From: Dehalococcoidia bacterium
GTDB lineage: Bacteria > Chloroflexota > Dehalococcoidia > Plut-88900
Length of the DNA: 64,000 bases
NCBI GenBank assembly: GCA_965197645.1
Contig: OZ240219.1
Coordinates: 192,001 to 256,000, forward strand
Direction of reading: 5' to 3'
Below are positions 40,565 through 49,955 of this stretch, one piece after another. The position numbers were made by a program, and so were the translations under genes. Within the stretch, counting starts at the first letter, position 1, and every line of letters begins with the position of its first letter. The notes below the pieces were generated by a model, which saw only the letters and a list, made by a program, of their open reading frames with translations, searched no databases and was not told the DNA's origin.

Positions 40565-40772
40565 ACGGTATCCTTTTGCCGAAGCGGCTTGGTACATCCC
40601 TCCCTATCCCCTAACGCCCAAGGGAAGACTGTATCAACCACGACCAGGACGCTTATGGCCCGTTTGGCGGTTGGCTTACGAGGCGACGGTGGAAGGTTCA
40701 AAGCGATAGACGCGGAAGGTCTGAACAGAGGGCTAGAGTAGGTTTACAGAACACAACGAGGTTGGGTTAGTC

Positions 40773-41870
40773 ATGGCAAGTGCAGAATCGGTACTGGGCA
40801 TACACGGAGCAAGTATATCCCTGCGGAACCTGACCAAGCTCTATGGCGAGGTGCGGGCCCTGGACAACGCCAACATGGAGATAGAGGCCGGCGAGTTCAT
40901 AACCCTTCTGGGCCCCAGCGGTTCCGGCAAGACCACCACCTTGATGATGATCGCCGGGTTCGTGATCCCCACCGGCGGCGACATCCTCATCGATGGCAAC
41001 TCCATCGTAAGCATACCCACCTACAAGCGTAATCTGGGGATGGTGTTCCAGAACTACAGCCTCTTTCCTCACATGAACGTGGGCAAGAACATCGCGTTCC
41101 CCCTACAGATGAGGCACATGAAGAAGAGGGACATCGAACCTCGAGTGCAGGCGGCCCTGGAGCTGGTCAGGCTACCCGGGTTCGAAAAGCGAAGAGCCAA
41201 CCAGCTTAGCGGTGGTCAGCAGCAGCGTATCGCACTGGCCAGAGCTCTCGTGTACGAGCCCCAGGTCCTCCTTCTCGACGAGCCCCTGGGCGCACTGGAC
41301 CTGAAGCTGAGGCAGGAGCTCCAGATCGAGCTGAAGCACCTGCACGAAAGGCTGGGGGTTACCATCGTATACGTGACCCACGACCAGAGCGAGGCCCTTA
41401 CTATGTCGGACCGCATAGTGGTAATGAACTTCGGCGCCATCCAGCAGGTGGGAGGCCCGGAGGACATGTACAAGCTTCCCGCCAACAAGTTCGTGGCCGA
41501 CTTCATCGGCGAGTCCAACTTTGTTACCGGGCACGGGCAACGGGAGAACGGTCGCTTGCTGATGGAGTCTGAGGACGGCCTGAGGTTTACCGGCATCGCT
41601 CGAGGAGCAGACGTAGACGTGGACAACGCCACTATGGTCATCCGGCCCGAGAGTATCCTCCCCGCTGCCGACAACAAGGCCTTCGCCAACACCTTCGAAG
41701 GTGAGATAACGGAGATCCTATACCTCGGCGATCTCGTCAAGTACACGATAAGGCTGGGAGATGCCACCACTCTGGACGCCAAGTGGCAGCTCCGGGCGGA
41801 GATCAGCCTGCTCAAGAGGGGCGACAGAGTAAGGATCGGCTGGGAGGCCGAGGACATGGTGGCGGTCTAA
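40773..41870 (+). CDS. PotA-like ABC transporter ATPase
   Basis: GPSGSGKT, LSGGQQQR, LLLDEP, VTHDQ, TOBE tail. Confidence 0.95.
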   Translation: MASAESVLGIHGASISLRNLTKLYGEVRALDNANMEIEAGEFITLLGPSGSGKTTTLMMIAGFVIPTGGDILIDGNSIVSIPTYKRNLGMVFQNYSLFPHMNVGKNIAFPLQMRHMKKRDIEPRVQAALELVRLPGFEKRRANQLSGGQQQRIALARALVYEPQVLLLDEPLGALDLKLRQELQIELKHLHERLGVTIVYVTHDQSEALTMSDRIVVMNFGAIQQVGGPEDMYKLPANKFVADFIGESNFVTGHGQRENGRLLMESEDGLRFTGIARGADVDVDNATMVIRPESILPAADNKAFANTFEGEITEILYLGDLVKYTIRLGDATTLDAKWQLRAEISLLKRGDRVRIGWEAEDMVAV

Positions 41871-41938
41871 AGGTTTAGCCCGAACCGGAACCGAGGAATA
41901 GACAGGCTCACAAGAGCCTGACTGGCTAGGGGCAAACG

Positions 41939-43435
41939 ATGGCAGAGGTAGCAGAGCAACGAGCCGAGGCAGCAGCGCCACCGCTGGTAATCAAACGGGA
42001 CTGGAGGCTAACCTGGCTTCGCATCAAGGAGCAGGGCTTCTTCATGGCCCTCGTGCTGCCTGCCGTCATACTGACCACCATCTTCCTCATCTACCCCCTT
42101 TTCCTCGTAGTACAGCTGAGTTTCGGCGACGACGACTACGTCGGAGAAACCCGTCCCACGAAGGTCAACTACAAGTTCAGCACGCTCGATCAGTATGACC
42201 GCGCCTTTACCGGCACATACGTCAATGTGTTCGACGAGTTCCCGGATATTGAAACCGATGGCGCCAACACGGTCCTCAATATAGAACGACGGCCCTTGGG
42301 CGACCTGAATGGCGACGGCTCGGTAACTATCGATGACGTTGTAGTTACCATCTATGGTCGAGCGGTGCCCGTCCAAGAAATCGACGCCAAAGGCGGGGAC
42401 GTTCTTTTGGCGACGGCGGTTGAAGGCTCGGTAGCCATCAACGACGTTATAGTCACCATCGGGAATCAAGCGGTGACCGTGGATGAATTCAACGCCAAAG
42501 ACGGAGAGATTACTTTGGCGGCGCCGATTGACGACACTGTAACCACCGACGATGTTGTAGTTACCATCGATGGCAGAGCGATACCAGTGCGGGAGCTCGA
42601 CGCCGAAGACGGTGAGATTTCTTTGCGGCACGTCCTCGCAACCTATCTGATAGATAAGAAGTCCGGGCCCGGTGTATACCACACCCTATTCAAGACCACC
42701 TTTATGATCTCGTTCCTGACGACCTTTATTGCATTACTGGTCGGCTACCCCGTTGCCTATCTTATCTCCAACGTATCGGATAAGACTCGTTCCATCCTCC
42801 TTCCTCTGGTGATAGTGCCCTTCTGGACCAGCATTCTGGTCAGGACCTTCGCTTGGAGGATCATCCTGGGGCAGCGAGGCTTCATCAACGAGGTGCTGGA
42901 CTGGATAAGTCTCCGCGGAGTAGCCGCCAGCATCATGCAGGGGCTGGACAAGATAGACTTCGTAGACCTGATCGCCTTTCCCGGCGACTTCGAGAGTGGT
43001 GATCCATTGCCGTTGGTCTTCAACCGGATCGGCACCCTTATCGGTATGGTCCACATCATGGTGCCCTTCATGATCTTCCCGATATTCGCCGTGATGCGGG
43101 GCATCCCCAACGAGTACGTCCGGGCGGCGGAGAACCTGGGCGCCGGGCCGTACATGGCGTTCAGAAGGATCTACTTCCCCCTGACCCTGCCGGGCCTCGG
43201 CGCCGGGGTGTTGCTGACCTTCATCCTGTCCCTCGGATTCTTCATTACGCCCGCGCTGTTGGGTGGGCCGAAGGACAGAATGGTCTCCAACATGATCGAA
43301 GAGCAGATCAACCGGTCTCAAAACTGGGAGTTCGCCGCAGCGCTGGCGCTGATGTTGCTGGCTGTGACTATCGTCCTGTACATCTTGTACGCTCGGTTCA
43401 TGAGCTTCGAAAAGCTGTACGGCGATCAACGCTAG
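41939..43435 (+). CDS. PotB-like ABC permease with large extracytoplasmic insertion
   Basis: GYPVAY, PFWTSILVR, EAA loop RAAENLGA, TPALLGG; about 180-aa insert after TM1. Confidence 0.9.
   Translation: MAEVAEQRAEAAAPPLVIKRDWRLTWLRIKEQGFFMALVLPAVILTTIFLIYPLFLVVQLSFGDDDYVGETRPTKVNYKFSTLDQYDRAFTGTYVNVFDEFPDIETDGANTVLNIERRPLGDLNGDGSVTIDDVVVTIYGRAVPVQEIDAKGGDVLLATAVEGSVAINDVIVTIGNQAVTVDEFNAKDGEITLAAPIDDTVTTDDVVVTIDGRAIPVRELDAEDGEISLRHVLATYLIDKKSGPGVYHTLFKTTFMISFLTTFIALLVGYPVAYLISNVSDKTRSILLPLVIVPFWTSILVRTFAWRIILGQRGFINEVLDWISLRGVAASIMQGLDKIDFVDLIAFPGDFESGDPLPLVFNRIGTLIGMVHIMVPFMIFPIFAVMRGIPNEYVRAAENLGAGPYMAFRRIYFPLTLPGLGAGVLLTFILSLGFFITPALLGGPKDRMVSNMIEEQINRSQNWEFAAALALMLLAVTIVLYILYARFMSFEKLYGDQR
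42317..42625 (+). repeat. intragenic tandem repeat, about 3 x 108 bp (36 aa)
   Basis: Units start at 42317, 42425, 42533: GSVTIDDVVVTI.. / GSVAINDVIVTI.. / DTVTTDDVVVTI.. Confidence 0.85.
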
Positions 43436-43497
43436 CTCCCCCTCGAATGGATGACCAAGAGTCGAGCAAAAGCGGATAGACAAGGAGAAAAGGGAAG

Positions 43498-44871
43498 ATG
43501 AAGGGTACAGCGGCTAGAGGCGTAAGCGTCTGGGGCGGACAAAAGGCACCGCTGCGCAGGGTAATCCTGTACTGCTTCGTAACCCTGGTGTTTGCCTTTC
43601 TCATCCTGCCCAACTTCATCGTCATACCTCTATCGGTAACGGATTCCATCTACCTGGAGTTTCCACCCCAGGGCTTCACGTGGCGCTGGTACCAGGACTA
43701 CTTCGGCGTTGAAGGGGCCAGCCACTTCGGAACGGCCGGAAGATGGATTCCGGCCACACTCATAAGCCTTCAGCTGGCCCTAGTTGTGGTGGCCATAGCT
43801 GTGCCGCTGGGCTCCCTGGCGGCCTACGGCATGACGCGGGGGAGGTTCCCTGGGAAGACTGTGTTCAATGCCGTGATCATATCTCCGCTGATCGTGCCGA
43901 TTCTGATCACGGCGATAGCGCTGTTCTTCTTCCTATCAAAGAACTTGAGGGCCTTCTTCGATCCGCTGCCGGCGCCCGACCTGCCCAAAACCCCGGCTGT
44001 TCCGGAAATAGGTTGGCTGATCCTCCTCATAGTGACGGCCGTGCTGGTGGCGGCAACCCTCGCCCTGCGGCTACTGCCTAACCTTTTGGGGAGGGACCCC
44101 GAAGGAGGGATGTTGCGAGCCCACCAGTTCATCCTGAGCTGGTTCGGCCCGCTGATGATCGTGCTAACTCCCCTGTTCCTGCTCGGTCTGTTCATGCTGC
44201 TTGGAGAGTGGATCTTCGCCCTCTTCTTGATAGGGGTAGGAGGAGCATCCCTGGTGGGCATGCTCCTACCCAAGTTCATGACGGTAGACCAGGACGGGCC
44301 GGTTCAGGCCGTCCTTGACCGGGTAGGACCATTTCTTCCCTTTTCATTTGGCTTGGTAGCGTTCTTCATGCTAATGGCGCTATTCACGGGCTGGACGGAC
44401 AGATTTGACGGCAATCTCCTCTCTTTGGAAGACCCTCTTCCACCTCTGCCGGGCCTGTCTCCCGGTCTGGTTCTGGCTCATGTAATGCTGGCCACGCCTT
44501 ACACGGTCATCATCCTCAGCGCGACCCTCAGGAGCGTCGACGTCACCCTTGACCAGGCCTCCGCAACGCTGGGCGCCGGACCTTTCACGACACTGCGCAA
44601 GATAGTGTTGCCCTCGATGATTCCCGGCCTGGCCGGAGCAGCCTTCTTCTCCTTCCTGACCTCGTTCGACGAGTTGCTGATCGCCCTGTTCCTCTCCACA
44701 ACCGAGATAAGTACTCTCCCCAAGGAGATATTCGACGGCATACGTACTGAGATCAGCCCAACCATAGCGGCCATCGCCACCATGCTCATAGCCTTGACGG
44801 TCATACTCCTGTCCGTAGCCTTGACATTCTCGTTGAGGCTCAAGCGGAAAGCGGGAATCCTCGAGGAGTAG
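43498..44871 (+). CDS. PotC-like ABC permease with extra TM insertion
   Basis: FPPQGFTWRWY, SPLIVP, QASATLGA, SFDE, TLP; about 170-aa hydrophobic insert. Confidence 0.9.
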   Translation: MKGTAARGVSVWGGQKAPLRRVILYCFVTLVFAFLILPNFIVIPLSVTDSIYLEFPPQGFTWRWYQDYFGVEGASHFGTAGRWIPATLISLQLALVVVAIAVPLGSLAAYGMTRGRFPGKTVFNAVIISPLIVPILITAIALFFFLSKNLRAFFDPLPAPDLPKTPAVPEIGWLILLIVTAVLVAATLALRLLPNLLGRDPEGGMLRAHQFILSWFGPLMIVLTPLFLLGLFMLLGEWIFALFLIGVGGASLVGMLLPKFMTVDQDGPVQAVLDRVGPFLPFSFGLVAFFMLMALFTGWTDRFDGNLLSLEDPLPPLPGLSPGLVLAHVMLATPYTVIILSATLRSVDVTLDQASATLGAGPFTTLRKIVLPSMIPGLAGAAFFSFLTSFDELLIALFLSTTEISTLPKEIFDGIRTEISPTIAAIATMLIALTVILLSVALTFSLRLKRKAGILEE

Positions 44872-44916
44872 TGGCGCTTCTTGGGCACGCAACATTCAAC
44901 CGAGAGGAAGATGTTT

Positions 44917-45585
44917 ATGTTTAGGACTCGCAAATCCTACCGGGTGCTGGGGCTCGCAGCCGCGGTAATGGCAGCGTTGTTGATACTGGCGGCATGCGGA
45001 GGTGGAGGCGGTACTGACCCCGAAGCCACTACCGAACCCGAAGCCACTACCGCCCCAGCCGACGATACTCCCGCACCTGCTGTTGCTACGCCAACTGCCG
45101 CTACTTCTGGGGAGACCGAGGAGGAGTCCACAACAACTGCCGCCGACACTTCCATGCCCACTGGAGAAGCCGGAACAGTATCGGTGGCCATCGAGGGCGC
45201 ACAGCTGCCGGAGCCCTTCGTCGGCGGAGAGGAAGTAGAGGGCACGGAGGAGATCATAGAAATGATGGCCATGGGTGGATCGGGGCAGACCGGCACCACC
45301 AGGCTCGTTCAGGTTGAGCGCACCGCGGTAATCGAGATCACCCTCTCTCCCGCGGGAGATGGAAACCAGATAGCTGTAATCGGCCGAGGCAGATGCGACG
45401 ATGAAGAGAGAAGCGAGCAGGTGGATTACGTCCTGTACGATGTGGAAGACGGAAAATCGATAAGCGTCGTCAACCAGCCGGTCGCATACTTCTCATTCAG
45501 CAGGTCGATCATACTGGTCTACAACGGTGATTCAATCGACTCCGGTGAGGCCGCCTGCGGGGACATCCGCAGCGCCTTCAGCTAA
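44917..45585 (+). CDS. lipoprotein with Thr/Pro/Glu linker and His-less Cu/Zn-SOD/CHRD-like domain
   Basis: lipobox LAACG; GSGQTGT..L, G.C, V.DGKS, AACGDI pattern. Confidence 0.65.
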   Translation: MFRTRKSYRVLGLAAAVMAALLILAACGGGGGTDPEATTEPEATTAPADDTPAPAVATPTAATSGETEEESTTTAADTSMPTGEAGTVSVAIEGAQLPEPFVGGEEVEGTEEIIEMMAMGGSGQTGTTRLVQVERTAVIEITLSPAGDGNQIAVIGRGRCDDEERSEQVDYVLYDVEDGKSISVVNQPVAYFSFSRSIILVYNGDSIDSGEAACGDIRSAFS

Positions 45586-45606
45586 TCGTCTTCGCTGAAC
45601 TGACCA

Positions 45607-45645
45607 CTGGGGCCGCCGGATTACCGGCGGCCCCAGCACTTTCAC
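45607..45645 (+). terminator. probable terminator of ABC operon
   Basis: CTGGGGCCGCCGG-ATTA-CCGGCGGCCCCAG hairpin. Confidence 0.6.
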
Positions 45646-45860
45646 CGCAACCATCTCGCTTGACCAAGCCGAGTACGGCTAGTACGCTAGCCTCGGTCGG
45701 CAAAGGCGATGGCTGCTCACACTGGCCCAGGACCGTCGGGCCGCTTTCAACCCCAAAACGAGCGCCAGATGACTATGTCCCACTCAGAGATAAGGATCAC
45801 CCCTCAACGATACTCCTACCGGGGCCTCCTGCAGTACAAAGAATCCGCGAAAGGTGACCA

Positions 45861-46673
45861 ATGATTGACTACGGTCGATTCGACACACTGGACGTACAGG
45901 TGAAGGATTCTATTGCCGTTGTCACCCTGAATCGACCCGATGCACTGAATGCCGTCGATCACCAGATGCACCTGGAGATCGAGGAGGTACTGGGTGACGT
46001 CACCGAGGATCCAGAGGTTAGTGTAGTCGTCTTAACAGGTGCAGGCAGGACCTTCTCCGCCGGCGGAGACATCAGGGCGATGAAGGAGCGAGCAGACAAC
46101 CCCGAGGCGCAGCGGGAGTACGTTACTAATTTCATAATGCAGGGCCCGTGGAAGCTGGTTAGGAACCTCCTTGAGGTGCGTCAGCCGGTCATAGCCGCCG
46201 TCAACGGAGATGCCATCGGCCTCGGCGCAACCCTAGCCCTGATCTCCGACATGATCATCATTTCAGATGACGCCCGGATCGGCGACCCTCACGTGAGGGT
46301 CGGTATAGTGGCCGGCGACGGCGGCGCCGCCATTTGGCCTCTGCTCACCAGCCTGTGCAAAGCCAAGGAGCTACTGATGACCGGCGACCTAATCACCGCA
46401 TCGGAAGCCGAGCGAATAGGGCTGGTCAACAGGGTGGTCCCAGCTGACCAGGTGATGACTTCCGCACTCGAACTTGCCCAGCGACTGGCCTCAGGACCGA
46501 CACTGGCCATAAGGTGGACCAAGCTCGCTCTTAACAAACGGCTTCGCAACGAGGTCAACTTGGTGCTGGAGGCGTCCCTGGCCACGGAGGGACTCACCTT
46601 CCTGAGCGACGACCATCGAGAGGCGGTCACCGCCTTCCTGGAGAAGCGTAAGCCTACTTTCCAAGCAAGATAA
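45861..46673 (+). CDS. enoyl-CoA hydratase/isomerase family
   Basis: LNRPDALNA, FSAGGDI, NGDAIGLG, DPHVRVGIVAGDGG, FLEKRKP.F. Confidence 0.92.
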   Translation: MIDYGRFDTLDVQVKDSIAVVTLNRPDALNAVDHQMHLEIEEVLGDVTEDPEVSVVVLTGAGRTFSAGGDIRAMKERADNPEAQREYVTNFIMQGPWKLVRNLLEVRQPVIAAVNGDAIGLGATLALISDMIIISDDARIGDPHVRVGIVAGDGGAAIWPLLTSLCKAKELLMTGDLITASEAERIGLVNRVVPADQVMTSALELAQRLASGPTLAIRWTKLALNKRLRNEVNLVLEASLATEGLTFLSDDHREAVTAFLEKRKPTFQAR

Positions 46674-46678
46674 CCACC

Positions 46679-46858
46679 ATGATATTCAAGCTTCTTCTAT
46701 GGCCCATCAAGCTGGTCTTCAAGGTCCTTTTGTGGTTCCTGATGCTGCCGATCAATATCTTCATGGTGCCGGCCAAGATGGTGTGGCGCGTGGCCCAGGT
46801 CCTGATTTACCTGGTCATCATCGCTGTCATAGTCCTCATCGTCATCCAGTTTATCTGA
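46679..46858 (+). CDS. 59-aa very hydrophobic small membrane protein
   Basis: MIFKLLLWPIKLVFKVLLWFLMLPINIFMVPAKMVWRVAQVLIYLVIIAVIVLIVIQFI; GC3-rich codons; fills the gap between flanking genes. Confidence 0.7.
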   Translation: MIFKLLLWPIKLVFKVLLWFLMLPINIFMVPAKMVWRVAQVLIYLVIIAVIVLIVIQFI

Positions 46859-46873
46859 CGACGGACCGTCTCA

Positions 46874-48100
46874 ATGGGCCAAGCAGACAGTAGGGACGGC
46901 GTTCCATCAGAAGACGGACGAGGGGATAACGACTCCGAAAAGACCGAGCCGGCTCCCCACAGCGAGAAAATGAGCCAGTTCGTAGTCGACGCCGACAGCC
47001 ACGTCCTGGAACCCAAGGACCTGTGGCAGACCTACATAGAACCTCGGTTCCTGGACCGAGCCCCGCGCATCGAGGTGGACTCCGACGGCTGGGAGCAGTG
47101 GGTTATCGATGGAAAGCCCTATTCGTACCGTCACGGCGTGTTCGGAGACATGGGGGCCATCGGCAAGGACCTGAAACGGTACTTTACCCCCGGTGCGGTC
47201 ACCTACGAGGAGGGATGCCGGCTCTCTCCAGGGGGCTGGGATCCCCGTGAACGCGTAAAGATGCTGAACGAAGAAGGCATCGATAAAGTACTCCTGTATC
47301 CATCGCTGGGCATCACCTGGGAGGGCGGCTGCGACGACCCGGAGCTGGCCGCGGCGTGTTGCCGGGCCTACAACACCTGGCTCATCGAATGGTGCAGCCG
47401 ATATCCAGACCGGCTGTATCCCGTAGCCCACGCTTCCCTGAAGGACCCCGTCCAGGCAGCCTCGGAGCTGAAACGAACGGCGGAGGCCGGCGTGCGGGGT
47501 GCTATGGTGCGGGCCTATCCCTCGGGCGATAGGCCGTATGGACACCCGGACAACGATCCGTTTTGGACAGCGGCCCAGGACCTGAACCTTCCAGTGGCAC
47601 TGCACATCGGCGGCAACCCGAAGATGGCAGGCAGCGATCTATTCGACGTCAAGTTTGGGGCCGGAACGTGGTGGGTGTACGTCATGTTCGCCGCCGACAC
47701 ATTCATCGGTCTGACCAGCCTCTTTCACGGGGCCGTCTTCGAGCGCTTCCCCGGACTCAAGACGGCGGCCCTGGAAACAGGCTCGGCGTGGGTCGGCTAC
47801 TGGCTGGAACGCATGGACGAGACCTTCGAGAACCTCAAGTTTTCGATACCACTCAAGCAACGACCCTCCGACTACTTCAAGCGACAGTGCTGGGTCACCA
47901 TGGAACCGGATGAGGAGCTGGCCATAGCCACCATTCGCCACGTCGGCGCAGACAACTTCATGTGGGCCGCCGACTATCCCCATTCCGACGGCCACCTTGA
48001 CGCCGTCGCCAAGTTGAAATCGACGATCGAAGGACTCTCTACGGCGGACCAGGGAAAGATCCTGGGTGGAAACGCCGAGCGGGTCTATAACCTGAGATGA
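46874..48100 (+). CDS. amidohydrolase-2 family protein
   Basis: DADSH, LYPS, LH, FERFP.L, E.G..W, ADYPH.D; start may be 46970. Confidence 0.9.
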   Translation: MGQADSRDGVPSEDGRGDNDSEKTEPAPHSEKMSQFVVDADSHVLEPKDLWQTYIEPRFLDRAPRIEVDSDGWEQWVIDGKPYSYRHGVFGDMGAIGKDLKRYFTPGAVTYEEGCRLSPGGWDPRERVKMLNEEGIDKVLLYPSLGITWEGGCDDPELAAACCRAYNTWLIEWCSRYPDRLYPVAHASLKDPVQAASELKRTAEAGVRGAMVRAYPSGDRPYGHPDNDPFWTAAQDLNLPVALHIGGNPKMAGSDLFDVKFGAGTWWVYVMFAADTFIGLTSLFHGAVFERFPGLKTAALETGSAWVGYWLERMDETFENLKFSIPLKQRPSDYFKRQCWVTMEPDEELAIATIRHVGADNFMWAADYPHSDGHLDAVAKLKSTIEGLSTADQGKILGGNAERVYNLR

Positions 48101-48142
48101 AGACCGCGAGGCGCAGCCGTCCTGCAGGCCTGAACCCCGGCC

Positions 48143-48559
48143 TTAGACCTTGCCCCAGGTTACTATTCGCTCAGGCGTGATGGCCAGGATGGGCCGGTTC
48201 GTCATGTCCATGGCTGAGTACTGTCGATACCGGCCTCTCAGCAGCTCCGCCGCCGATTGGTGCTCAGACCCTGCGTAGATAATCGAAGCGGCGCCGTGGA
48301 CCATCACGAAGCCCAACCGGCTCCAGTCATCGGAGTACTCGTCGACTGTCAAGCAGACCTGGGGATTGCCCCGAATGTTTCTTATCCGCTTCAGTTTTTC
48401 CTGCGCTACGGACTTGGGCTTCTCGTCGATGACGCTGTATATGCGGGACTCCGTCGCGGCGTAGCAGATGGGTACCACGTGGGGTTTGCCGGAAGCGTCG
48501 GCAGTGCCGAGCCGCCCAACTTTATGGTCCTCCAGGAACTTGAGCACCGATCCCTTCAC
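48143..48559 (-). CDS. PPOX-class probable F420-dependent oxidoreductase (Rv0121-like)
   Basis: GRLGTAD..G.PHVVPICY, IDEKPK, KRIRNI..NP.V...VD.Y.DDW..L; GTG start 1 nt after hpnE stop. Confidence 0.85.
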   Translation of the reverse strand: MKGSVLKFLEDHKVGRLGTADASGKPHVVPICYAATESRIYSVIDEKPKSVAQEKLKRIRNIRGNPQVCLTVDEYSDDWSRLGFVMVHGAASIIYAGSEHQSAAELLRGRYRQYSAMDMTNRPILAITPERIVTWGKV

Positions 48560-48560
48560 C

Positions 48561-49955
48561 TTATTGACTCCCGTTAGCCGAGGCGTGATGGGCTTCCACC
48601 AATTCCTTAGCTGCAGTCTCACCGCTCCGCACGGCGCCTTCCATGGTGGAGGGCCAGTCGGTGTCCGTCCACTCCCCTGCGAGAAACAGGTTGCCAATGG
48701 GGGTCCTGGCGGGGAGACGATGCCTCATCGCCCCCGGAGCAGCCGAAAACGTGGCCATCGGTTCTTTAACTACGGATACGTGGGTTACACCCGCCTGGTC
48801 CGCCCTGGGCAGCAAGCCGGCAAGCTCCTCCAGGAACATCCGCCGGATCTCCTCCTTGGGAACGTCGATCAGGTCTCGGGCACCGCTCTGGGACAGGCAG
48901 ATGTACTGGCCATCCTGGCCGTTTCGGTTGTACATCCGGCTCTTGTTGAAGGCCCACTGGACCTTACTGTTCAGGAACGCTGCAAACTCAAACCGGGCCA
49001 CGGGCCTATCGTACCAGACGTGGACATTGACAATCGGGGACGATTCCAGTGCGGACGCGCGTCCAAAGAAGGGGTCCTCTTGCAACTCCGCCGAGAGCAT
49101 GGGAACGAAGACCTGGTGAGGTACGGCGCTGACGTAATAGTCGGCGGCGAGGAGCCCGCCTCCGGTCAGTGCAATGCCCTCGATACGGCCGCCTGCCACA
49201 CGCAGGCCAGCCGCCTCCGATTTCAGGACCACCTCTCCACCCCGGTCGGTGATGTATAGCTTCGCCGCGTCCTCTATGAGGCTGGTCAGCCCGACCTTTG
49301 AGTAGCCGATGTCCGCCCCTCTCGAGTCCTTGAAGAACCCCTCCTGGAACACCATCATGGCCTGGTTGGCGCTTACCCACCGTACGTCGTCGTTCAGTGT
49401 GGGTAGGGTGATGACGTTCCAGAAGTTGGCGATGGCTCTACCGGTCTGGCCGTGCTGTCGCAGCCAGTCGTAGAAGGTCTGGCCGTCCAACTCTTTCCTT
49501 CCCTTCTCGCCGAGGGCCATGATCCGCAAGGACGCCATAAGCGCAAGGGCTTTCTCCCGCGCCGACAGGTGGCGGTACGTTGCGAAGGAGGGCAACAGGT
49601 GGAAGGGGGTGGGGAGAGGAGCGCTGCTCAGCCCGGACGCACCGCCGGGACCATCGATGATCTGTACGGCCATGCGGTCCTGCACGTAGGTATTTTGGAA
49701 GACGCCCAGCCGCTTCAGGAAGGCGATGTATCGGGTGCAGCACCGCATGAAGACGTGCTGGCCATTGTCCACTTCGAAGCCGGTGGTACGGTCGGTGAAG
49801 GAGAATGCCCGGCCGCCGAGGAAGCCCCGCCTCTCAAGCAGCTTGACCCTGAACCCACCGTTGCCCAGTTTACAAGCAGCGGCGAGGCCCGCCAGTCCTC
49901 CTCCTATGACCAGGACCGTGGGTCGAGAAGACTCTCCGACAGCGTTTTCAGCCAT
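48561..49955 (-). CDS. hpnE: hydroxysqualene dehydroxylase HpnE
   Basis: GGGLAGL, LGGRA.S, DNGQH, LAGEWT.T.WP.TMEGAVRSG; follows hpnCD. Confidence 0.9.
   Translation of the reverse strand: MAENAVGESSRPTVLVIGGGLAGLAAACKLGNGGFRVKLLERRGFLGGRAFSFTDRTTGFEVDNGQHVFMRCCTRYIAFLKRLGVFQNTYVQDRMAVQIIDGPGGASGLSSAPLPTPFHLLPSFATYRHLSAREKALALMASLRIMALGEKGRKELDGQTFYDWLRQHGQTGRAIANFWNVITLPTLNDDVRWVSANQAMMVFQEGFFKDSRGADIGYSKVGLTSLIEDAAKLYITDRGGEVVLKSEAAGLRVAGGRIEGIALTGGGLLAADYYVSAVPHQVFVPMLSAELQEDPFFGRASALESSPIVNVHVWYDRPVARFEFAAFLNSKVQWAFNKSRMYNRNGQDGQYICLSQSGARDLIDVPKEEIRRMFLEELAGLLPRADQAGVTHVSVVKEPMATFSAAPGAMRHRLPARTPIGNLFLAGEWTDTDWPSTMEGAVRSGETAAKELVEAHHASANGSQ

Noticed and set aside
40565-40772. Known riboswitch or 6S RNA in the ABC leader
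   Set aside because: Consensus elements of glycine, SAM, TPP, guanidine or 6S RNAs were not recognised
45019-45052. 18-bp-period direct repeat (PEATT x2) and other Pro/Thr linkers
   Set aside because: Ordinary low-complexity lipoprotein tethers
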